Positions 53,953 to 64,000 of a stretch of 64,000 nt of DNA are shown here, in pieces (the stretch's first letter is position 1; each line of letters opens with the position of its first letter). Source of the DNA: Fimbriosthenelais zetlandica (lineage: Eukaryota); the NCBI GenBank assembly GCA_977030845.1, contig OZ365109.1, positions 53,692,001-53,756,000 on the forward strand, given 5' to 3'. The notes beneath the pieces were generated by a model. That model saw nothing but the letters and a program-made list of their open reading frames with translations, was not told the DNA's origin and ran no database searches. A program made the position numbers and the translations under genes.

Positions 53953-54063
53953 CGGTGGACGTCCATTTATCGTGGGTGTGGATTTGATGGTATGCGCATG
54001 CTCTGGGAACTTCCTGGCCAGGTGATCCAGAAAGGCCTTCCTTTCCTTTTCTATTCTCTGAGT
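53953..54063 (-). CDS. KIAA1217/SRCIN1: Internal coding exon (phase 0 to 0) of a KIAA1217(SKT)/SRCIN1(p140Cap)-family scaffold gene, conserved N-terminal motif
   Basis: Strong acceptor (aaattttgttcttcag|) and donor (ccg|gtgagt) bound 111 nt of open frame: TQRIEKERKAFLDHLARKFPEHAHTIKSTPTINGRPP. IEKERKAFLDHLARKFPEHAHTI aligns ungapped with human SKT MDRKREAFLEHLKQKYPHHASAI as recalled (11/23 identical, plus D/E, F/Y and K/R conservative changes). Confidence 0.75.
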
Positions 54064-54494
54064 CTGAAGAACAAAATTTATAATTGTAAATTATACAAAG
54101 GCAAAAGCTGTCAAAGTTTTAATGACAAAAAATGCATGTCCATGCAAATAATATAATTATTTTGAGAAAAATAGGCACATTGATGACTTGCAAGAACAAC
54201 TTAAAGATTGCATTAAATGCAAAATACCATATAAAACAAAACTATATAACTTTCGAGCATCTACTTGATGTTACTTTGCGCACAAAATTGTATTGATCGA
54301 ATCCCTGGGAATAACAGGATATCTGAGGGAGAAATCCCATGTAGGATTAGGCTGATTAACTATTTGATATCACACCATCAACGATATAAATACATTAATC
54401 TAAAATCAATAATTCATCAGCCTGCCTGACCATACTGATTTGAAACAACAGCTCATTGCTTTTTAGCACATTAAAAGATCAGTTATATTTCAAA

Positions 54495-54549
54495 ATATGG
54501 AAGCCTTATGATGACGTCTAATATGGAAGCCTTTTGGTGACGTCTAATA
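54495..54549. repeat. 26-bp tandem duplication containing CRE-like TGACGTC
   Basis: atatggaagccttatgatgacgtcta followed by atatggaagccttttggtgacgtcta. Confidence 0.85.
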
Positions 54550-55407
54550 CTTATATGTATTATGATTGTTGGGAAAGTTATACAGTTGGACAAAATAATG
54601 ACTTATAAAATCTATGAGTTACTGTTAAAGTTCTGACGGATGGATAAAGGAGTTATATGGCAGCTGTATTTCTCTCACCACTGTCAATTTGCAATCTTCT
54701 AAACGTTATCGGAAGAATTATAACTTCATCAAAACAAAATTAATTAACTCAGTCCTTAATTGGACAAACGCTCGACCACGATTAAACTGCCCAAAGCCGC
54801 TCACTCGGTCATGTCTTTCTAATCCCAAATTAAAAAGAAATTCAATTAAAAAAACAAGATAATGCGACACGCCCCAGCGGTCACAGTTAAAAAAAAAAAT
54901 TAATTTCCATATTTCACATGACAATAAACTTTGTGCCCTGCACCAAAGCACCCATAACAGGTTAAAGCCACTGCTTCCATCCAGCACTGCCGCCTTGTTA
55001 AGTGGTCAGTTTCTATTATTTACAAGGAAAGTGGTGGTAAGGTAGTGTCTATTGACCAGTGCCTATCTTACCTGCATTTAATGGTCATTTGTCCAGGTAA
55101 GCACATGTATAGATTTGGCAGGTATACAGGTGATCCATTAGAGGGGTGGATCAGTGAAGTATGGTTAGGGTGGTTTAGGTGGGGAGTGTGGTATATGTAA
55201 TGATGTGAGAGCAGTGATGGGTAAGGCAGTTTGTATAAAATGTGTAAGACACACATGGTTGAAGGGGGCCACCAAGCATTCATAGCATGGGGTGGGAGGT
55301 ATGGTTAGTTTTCTAGCCACTGCAGAGCTTCTTTTATGTATATCCTACATAATTATATTCAATTGACGTGAATCTGAAGCGAAGTCAATAATCGTGGATA
55401 AGTATGT

Positions 55408-55686
55408 ATGGTTGTGGCCGGGCCCCCAATATGGCATCAGTTTAGAGGCAATAAAAAAACTAATAAAAAAATAAAATAAAATAAATGGTTGTGGCCATGC
55501 TATTCTAATAGTCTGACCACCGAGAATTTGGAGCTAAACTTTGCCATCAGTAACTTTCAATACCTTTCTTGTGCCGCTTCCACTTCTCGAAGTGTTCAGA
55601 CTATGCAGTATACCTGTATGGCATCGGTTTAGAGGCGATGGTTGTGGCCAGATTACTTTTATGGCATCAGCTTAGTTAGAGGCTAG
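55408..55686. repeat. Modular repeat of two alternating motifs, three copies each
   Basis: atggttgtggcc at 55408, 55485 and 55638; tatggcatc[a/g]g...tagaggc at 55430, 55617 and 55660. Confidence 0.75.
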
Positions 55687-57607
55687 TTGCTGCAGTATTG
55701 AAACAAAATGGCCTCCTGCCAAACGCCATCTCCAATGACTGTTGATGTTGATGCTTGAAAGTGTCTGTCTATCTTAGAGTTCGACAAGAAATTGAGTTTT
55801 TATATGATAAAGATTTTATGTAGAAACACGGCATATGACTAGGATTTAAAAATAATTATAAGCTAGCACAACACCTATAAATAGCAGCAATCCTGACTGG
55901 GAAGTCAGTGACAGAGAGATTAATCGAGAATAGAATATCCATCACACAACAGATCCTCCCTCTGAGCAAATATCTGATTAAATCCTTACAAATGTTACAA
56001 CAACCCTCAGCTTTCAAATCAAACTAGATTATCTCAAGTCTGGCGCAGACGATTTAGGATTAATAACCATTAACGTGAAATCTAATACAACTTTCTATTC
56101 AAGATCAGTACTAATTTTAGACGGAGAAAGAATGCCTCAATTCCTTATTCATTGTTCCATCAACAGAGTGAAAATCCACTAACTTCAAAATCCTGATTGG
56201 TAGCAAATGTTCTGAAATATTGTCGGAATCATCCTGCTCAATATGAAAGCCTCAAATTTAGAGCAAAAAAAGGAAAATATTTTTCTATAATTTTAAGATC
56301 ATACACGATTGTTATGCTTCGTACTATGATACTCCATATTTCAACCAATTGAAATGAAACCAAGCCAAATGAGTAGGCCTACTACTAAATGATTCCCTAA
56401 AATAGAGGAATTCTGAGAAATTATTCCTGAAGATAAATGAATTATGAGATACGAATTCCCCAAATAAATTAACCCTGCGATGCGATTCCCCCAAATAAAG
56501 GTATCCATGAATCAATTGTTGCCCAATAAACCCCTCAGGCGAGGGGCACTTAAGGTATTGAACAACCGGGCCCAAAGGAGAATGTCTATAGTGGCCATTC
56601 TGCCTTATACTGCCATTTGCTTGCTCTGAAGAGGGCAGCACGGAGGTAAACTGATACTTGCCGCAGTCTTCATCACTCCTTGTGAAGAAGTGTCACATAA
56701 CCGACATCTCTAACAGGCTTAACCAGCTGGAAGTATCCAAGGCGAGCATTTCTTCACTGGCCACTTTCACTGTGACCAGCACTATAGGCTTTACCTTGAT
56801 TGAGCCACATTAGAAGTAAATATCACGTCTCTTGGTCTGTACAATTAGCTGTAATTTAGATACAATGTGTCTAGGAGTGCATCTTTCATTGTCTCGCCAG
56901 ATTACTTAGGACACTATTTAAAAGTTTTTACTCATAGAATGCAACCTATACTTGTGGGTAAAAGATCAAATAATTCATAATACTTAAAGAGCAGTTCTTT
57001 ACCCTATAATCCGTTTCATAATGTACAATTAAATTGTAACAGTGGATTATGAAACGGGACCCATGAAATGAATGGAGGTTTATTCGAATTAAATTAGAAA
57101 ATATCTGATTTTGCCTATAAATACTGCCTATAAATATTGTATTACAGTACAACCTCTCGGGTGAATGATAATAGTAACAAATGAATACATTTCCAATATT
57201 CAGTATCCACTCACTTATACTGAATTATGAAATGGTCCCCAGTTATAAATCGGTAGATAAATATTAGAATTACACCAGAGGCCATATATTACTTATTAGC
57301 TGTATGGTCAAAATTACATTCAAGCACAGAACAATTATGCCTGTACTTACTGAAACCCTTGAAGATTATTACATTTCAGGTACACTTTCCAGACTTGGCA
57401 GGGAGGGTGCAAGATGACTCACTCACAATTGGGTCTGATGGTCTCCTGGTACTGTCTTCGGAAGAAACCTAAACCCCCTGGTCCTCCATTATTAAGCCAC
57501 TCACTCACCCCACCCATTATCTCTTGTCAGATGTCGGTACCCTGTATCATCAGGTACATGTGGTGGGTCAATACCAAACAGGCTGTCTGATCTAAAGGCG
57601 ATACATG

Positions 57608-57807
57608 TACTCCACTGCTGCGATTTTGCTTGCGAAACTACTGTAAAAAGGCGCACTCCTATCTCACACTGAATAATGTACCAATCATGGAGGACAGCCT
57701 TTTAAAAATTCTTGGGCACTTCGACCAGAATTTATAAATTTTATTGCGACATAATCATCACTTTCGTCGCGGTATAGTGCCGCAATCAACCTCGAAGCAG
57801 CAGAGTA
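57608..57807. mobile_element. 200-bp MITE-like element with diverged 33-bp terminal inverted repeats
   Basis: Left end tactccactgctgcgattttgcttgcgaaacta versus reverse complement of right end tactctgctgcttcgaggttgattgcggcacta: 25/33 identical, ungapped. A 25-bp near-identical copy of the left end occurs at 37145-37169. Confidence 0.5.
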
Positions 57808-60102
57808 TCGCCACAAGTAATAGCCTTAACATCTAACTTAATGATTGAAGGGAAATAATTACGTATAATTGTTATGCACTTATCGTGTCAAGAGTAGAAA
57901 GTGAGGGAATACTTAAATGCTGGACTTAAGTTGTATACCGTGGATATATACCAAGTTCTTTACATTTCTTCGGAATCAGGTTTCCATACATGTACAAGAT
58001 ATCAAATTATATACGGGAAAATTGAAAAAGTGGAGCAAATTTTCTGCAGCAAAATACCAATGGGCTTTTCAACAATTCTGTAATCATCTCAGCATTGCAT
58101 TGTCGATTTAATAGTAATACACAGACCTAGTGTGTAAGAACTGTAATTATTCTGTTTCCTGTAAAGGTTGCTGTTGATTCATCGTTGGATGCACCCAGCA
58201 ATCAATAGATTTCTATTTTACCGCCAGGTCAGGCTGCCTGCCGTGGTAAGTTTCCCCTGCTTGAACAAACAGAATTAGCGAGAGACAGATTGTGTATACT
58301 GGAAGGGGAAAAAGCTTCTTTCCAGGACAACTTTAAAAAGACTGGAAACAAGGAGCCTATCGAATCCCCAACCTACCGAAGAGATTAGAAATAGAAAGTA
58401 TACTTAAAGTTTAATCCCATCATAGAAGTGATACACTTTCTGGATTAAAATTCCTATGTGTAGGAAAGAAACATATAGGAAATGTGTTAAAAACTGAAGG
58501 ACGTTCCCCCAAATTAACTCCAAGGGAACAAGGCTTTCTAGGAAGCCTTTCTCATTCCAATATCAACTTAAAAGGCTCTACAACTCTCGGGAGGATTATA
58601 GTAAAAGTCACCCTCAAGAGGACTGTCTCAGTATCAGTATTTACCTATATTAAACTAAAAAAATATGCCATTGCTTAAAACTATACATATATATTTCTTA
58701 ACAAAAATTGAACGACCGGGCACACAGGGGATTATAAAGCTTTGATAAGTTTTTTTTTCAGCACAGTAAGAGCAGGTTCTTTGCAATTTGCTCAGAAAAA
58801 CTCAGATTAAAAAATACATTTACAGTAGAAGCAATTCATATGAATATAGTGCAATTGATCAATGCTTTCAATTGCTTTGTTCCTAAGAAGTGATTCATGC
58901 CCATACAGTTGAACCAATTTATTACCACCAAAATTCTGATACAAGAATAAAAATGTTTCGAAAACATCTTTCAGTGTGGACCCATGTTGGGTATTTTGTC
59001 TGGGCAGATAAAAACCTACATTAATACGGAGAAAAATGGGCCTGGATGCGTGTGTAAACTGATACTCTATGTTTTACCATTGCATGCCAACACTTGAGAA
59101 CAAATATAGAATTCTCTTGGCAGCATGTGGATACAGAGAGAGGGGCGTCTAAATACACTGCTTTATATGCCATTATATGGGCATGGGACTGAAGAATATT
59201 CTTTATAGGAAACTTTACAGTCACATCTCATTTCACTCTTCTGCCGAGCAGAAGCTATATTCAATAGTGAGACGTCAATGTGAGTTTTTCTAAGCATCGA
59301 TGCATGGCTGGAATCACAATTATATTCAGTATCAGCCATTAGCAGCGTGTCTAGACTCTAAATATATTTTATTGGGAAATACAAATTTCCATGCCGAGTT
59401 ATTGAAACTGCCTCATATAGCAATTTAGGATGTTTGTGGATTAACTTTAAAGTCAATCTAATGCCTGAACAATGGCTGTCCATATCCGCCAGATTTCAGC
59501 CATAAGTAGTTAAATGTATTTTTTCTTAGCCCCAGGCTTTGTTTGCAGTAGTCATAGCAACCATATATTAGTCATCCAGGGGGTCATGGGATCGCCATGA
59601 CGACTAATTAGTAATTTCTTTTTTTTACTATGAACTACTGTCTGGCCTCGACATTTTGCACTAATAATCTTTCAATGCAGCGTCCATGTAATATCAATTA
59701 TCAGCTTGAATATAACCTACAAGTGGAGCTATAAGTATTCAAAGTCCCGACTAGATTTCCATGGATTATAAAATATAATTATTGAAGCCTTATTTATCTA
59801 TTTAAACCTATGTATTATTCATATTTCAATATTTTTATTATTATGCTATTTCACTGTTTTCATATCTAAACTAGATGACTTGGTTCCTCGATGGAAATCT
59901 CGACCATGGATTAGAAACAATAATAATGTTTTCTCCTAAATATTTTATTAATATTCCACTTCTAGTTTTTCATATTTTTTTGGACATTTCAGATTATTTG
60001 GTTCCCCATACAAATCTATAGCTGGAATGACAATATTTTAAACCTATTTCCATACAGCACCTATCTTTAAATAAGAACATCACGTAGAAATAGCATACTG
60101 CA

Positions 60103-60124
60103 GCAGCTGGCACGTGGGCAGGTG
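60103..60124. promoter_or_regulatory. Three E-boxes within 22 bp (bHLH cluster)
   Basis: GCAGCTG-GCACGTG-GGCAGGTG. Confidence 0.4.
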
Positions 60125-63100
60125 TTATAACCAAGGCCAACTCCTCCTAATTGAGTTCAAAGCCTGGGATGCTCTAATGGAGAAGCAATTATAAATGACC
60201 AGGCATAATTAGCAAAACAATATTATGACTTATTGAATAGGTAATTTGGTGCAAACAGAGACTTTAAGAAGGAATGGGATGTAGCCTTCCTTGACATTTA
60301 TGATAATGACATCCTGTTTGATAGCAATACTGTTCCTATAATGCTCTAACACATACACGTTACCTGTCACGAAAATACTAACCCAGACTCATGACTAAAC
60401 ACAGTGGTTTTCCAACTTAATCTCCCACTATTTTTACTTTATTTGTCCAAACTCTCCCAACTTGCCCAAATATGCAATCTTAGCCCTCATTTAATTGATT
60501 TCAAGGCGTCCGCGTAATGATTGTCGGGATTCAGTTCCATTTCATTTTTTTGGCTCCACAATCCATTTGTTCATTTTCCACCTGACATGTGGCATTTTAA
60601 AAGGTCGTGGAAATACTTTTCCCATATCATAAAGATTTCCAAATAGGAAGGTACCTGGCAAATGTCCTTTCTGAGAAAGAAAAAGTTATTTTCCCCTTTG
60701 ATGAAAGGCTATTCACATGCATTCAACAAGTGTGGCTTAAAATAAAGGTATTACACAAGCAAGGAGTAGGGAAGTGAAAAATGATTGAATTGTGTGTAAA
60801 ATGTGCCATTGTCACTTTTAGAGTAAGTAATTTTGCGAATGATGACAGTGTTTAAAATAATAATATTGTTATTTTAATTTAAGAACACTGTTAGAGTAAG
60901 TAATATTGAGGGGGGAAATCAAGACAACAATACTGTTAACTAACAACATTGTTAAATCAAGTAATACCAAGATAATCTCAAGGACAGCCTATAACAATTT
61001 ATCTTTTTAAATTAAGAATAATTAAGTTTTGTTGGCATGAAAAATATTATTAATCAACGTGATATGGCATACCTCTTCGTGGCTCCTCATTATGATACTT
61101 TCAGGTGTTTAATCATCCATTTGAATCAACCTTATCCATAAAGCATCTACTCTCCAATGAGGAAGCCGTAGAAGTAGCCAGATAGATCTATTGGTTCCAT
61201 TAAGAGCATATTATATCATATCCCATAGTGAGAGGGGATTAATCACTCATTCACACCTACACATAGATCACTGCTTATCCATAGATGTACATGTGGATTT
61301 GCCTTGATTGGATCAGATTAGCCTGATTATAATCCATTGCCCTGCTTAATTACCTTCCCTCTATGTTCATTACTCATTATGGGCATTCAAGCTTGAGTGG
61401 TCATCAGTTTTTTTCAGGCCTTTCATACACCATGCATTCAGCATATTCCATAATGTATTTTCCGGACAAATAGAAGTTGTGAAACATGCCCTAATATTCA
61501 TTCAACATTATGTAGTAGGTGCCAAGTTTGTCAATGGGATCATCAGACATTTAAATGTACCAAATGAGTTTGCAAAATCCTCGGAGATGCCCATAATAGA
61601 TCCAGACAGCCATCGGATCAGACACCTATGCTTTTGTCCGAGTACGAGTGGGACCAATATTGGACCATTCTCCACATATTCAGGAAGCTGTTACCTATGA
61701 CAATAGCTATATCCTAAGTGGTAGTCGTCACACAAGCGGGCAATATATAACAACACCGAAGGCCCTCGTGTCCTTGGGAAATGTTCTAAAAGGTCATGGA
61801 CTGTTTTAACAAATGGAAAATCTATAGACAATCCTGAAAAGTAAAAGAATCCGGAAGGTTTGCCTGACCTGGTTTTTCTCCAGTGGGTCCATTAGGCCTG
61901 ATTACATCAATGTAATCTCTTTGAACATGTTAGGTTGTTCTACAGGAGCCACTGATACACTGATACACCCATTCTACTAGCATAGCCACATTCTACTTGG
62001 AAGCTAAATTATTGCTCACATAAACTTAAGCTTCTAAAGATATAGGGCTAAGCTTAAAGCTGACATCCAAATCCGTTGCATGATTTTGGAAACATAAGAT
62101 TTGAAGAACTGATTTTAAAAGTGACATGAGTTGAAAGGGGGCAGTTCTTATTAGGACTTCCTTATCTTTTTGCATGTCTGCCTTCATGATTTGCCTTTGA
62201 AACTCTTTTCATGACAATGCTGCCGATCCCTCCTACCTATTCATCCGTCACGCAAGGGTCCCATTGAGGATTAAATATTTTAGCAAAGTTTATTCCAACG
62301 AAGAACTTGGGTTTAGTTTCAGTGGCAGACTCATCTGACTTGAGTAATTGACATTTGATGGGGGAATGGCAATTGTATTCAGAGATGGTACTGGGCCTAC
62401 TCAGCTTGACATGCAGCGTTAAACTGTTCAGGTAATCAATCTATTGCCTTAGTTTTATCATGAGGTAATGGCCTATAACAATCCACCATATTGCAGGAAT
62501 ATCTGAACTCCAATATTAAATATGTTAATTATAGATGTTGGGTATTATGTTGGGTATTATGTAGTATCAATATCGATCCATAGTGGATTTATTTACGGTG
62601 CCAAATGGTTGTTACCATCCCATGATTGTGGTTAAAGCAGACCCATTGACTCCTGATTAGTCATTGAGGTGGTCTCATACTTGGTGTTGATACGTGCTGG
62701 AGACGATCATTTTTAAGCTGCAGTATGATTGCCAGTGTGGTCCAGTGTTATTTCTGCATTAACCGTCTCTTGATTGCCGAAGCAGGATCTCAGTGATGGA
62801 ATTATGGTAATTATTGAATGCTGCAGTAACCATTGTACATTCCAGCACTGCGGATTAGGACCTCATTGTCCGAATTCACAAATCACTTCCCAAGTATGGG
62901 ATAAATTGATGAGTGATGTTTTTAAATACAGAACTTTTTAAAATCTGCTGGATATGGTTCAGAGATCATGACATATTTCAGGGCTGAAATCTAGTACATG
63001 AATACGTGTATGTAGTCCAAACTAGGTGGCTCTGACAAGATCAATGCATTGGTAAAACAGGCAGAAAGTTAAATTTAAAACCTCTAACCCAATAATGAAC

Positions 63101-64000
63101 AGGTAAGCATTTGGTTTAGTTCCAAGAATGAGGGCTTTCACGGTATTCCAGGTGCTTGTTCTATGAGGGCGAGTTCTAACCGCGAGTCAAAAAGTGCCAC
63201 GGATGGATATGATAGAGGATGAAAGGTATTCCTCCTCTTGAATTTTGCTCCAGTATATATTTCCTAGTCTAGATCATGTGTCTATTCTCGTATGTTGGTA
63301 TCACGGTTGCTAATATAGTTAACAGATCCACTGCCATGTCCACGTTGCACTGATGGGGCCCAGGAGGATTTGAAACAGATCCAACGATTACCAGGGAGGA
63401 GGACTCATGTGTGGTGGTATGGAGCGCTCCTCCTGTACCTCCACCACCTCCTCCAGTGCCTCCATACCTGCAGCTACCAGCACCCAGCAGATTGACTCCA
63501 GTGTGGGAACAGCGTTGGTTGTGATACCAGGTACATTGCTGGAGATAGCAAGTCACCAGGCTTAGACATAGGCCAACAACGCTAAAGCTGTATTGGAAAC
63601 ACTGCATATATACACACGCATGGCTTAAGAACAACCCCTCTCTATATAGATGTATGTGGTATCTACTATGCGCAGGAGGAAGGTTTATAGATGCTACATC
63701 AAGGTTAACTTAATAAAGAAAGCTGATTGGAGTGAATCAATTGAATTTTATATTGATTTCCTCCACTTTTTACATGGACTTACCAACCAGGAAAGATGGA
63801 GTGAATGGCTTGCTGGTTGGTGGGGTAGAATAGATAATGGAGAGGGAGAGTGCAATGTAATTCAGGAGAGGCGACCTTGGGTTTGGTACATGGAGAAGTA
63901 GATGTGGTTGTGGGAGTTATTTTGGGTGATGGGGAGGGGTGGGGACAAAGTGGTATGGACAGCATGCATATGTGGCTTCTTTTCATGGGGTCTGGATGAG

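Noticed and set aside
57419-57468. Minus-strand GFFRRQYQETIRPNCE, resembling an integrin alpha cytoplasmic tail
   Set aside because: No transmembrane exon upstream, a poor acceptor, and it would need a 40-nt intron.
5221-58245. Plus-strand microexon-like segments with good splice signals (5221-5236, 11383-11401, 17773-17815, 45676-45693, 57531-57553, 58228-58245)
   Set aside because: A few such pairs are expected by chance in 64 kb. The chained translation (WAACQ-TFVTWH-GDVNVILTSCFRIN) resembles nothing I recognise, and they are antisense to the better-supported gene.
61515-61720. CQVCQWDHQTFKC zinc-knuckle-like and LSEYEW hAT-like peptides
   Set aside because: Short, interrupted by a stop, with non-canonical spacing and no other retroelement or transposase motifs nearby.

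Overview
Animal genomic DNA, about 40% GC, mostly intronic, with microsatellites, minisatellites and long purine tracts. No prokaryotic features, CRISPR arrays, tRNA or rRNA were found. The window appears to lie inside one very long minus-strand gene. A 111-nt exon at 54063-53953, absent from the ORF track, encodes TQRIEKERKAFLDHLARKFPEHAHTIKSTPTINGRPP. This matches the conserved N-terminal AFLxHLxxKxPxHA motif of the KIAA1217(SKT)/SRCIN1(p140Cap) family as I recall it. I did not find the family's downstream conserved domain (RASLPVVR...GVLYLQYG) in the window, so it probably lies beyond position 1. Two large disordered-protein exons sit downstream on the same strand. The first (50250-48448, 601 codons) carries PP1, calcineurin and WW-domain docking motifs. 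The second (10493-9399, 365 codons) carries 12 tandem YxxV/M-type motifs. All three exons end at phase-0 donors, consistent with interchangeable N-termini. The long intron holds two perfect recursive-splice-like sites (polypyrimidine-YAG|GTAAGT) about 17-19 kb apart, plus weaker ones. Other signals are two related minisatellites in inverted orientation (41.4-44.4 kb), RFX/ETS/ARE, E-box and K50-homeodomain motif clusters, and a small MITE-like element. All family and motif assignments are from memory and inspection; no search was run.
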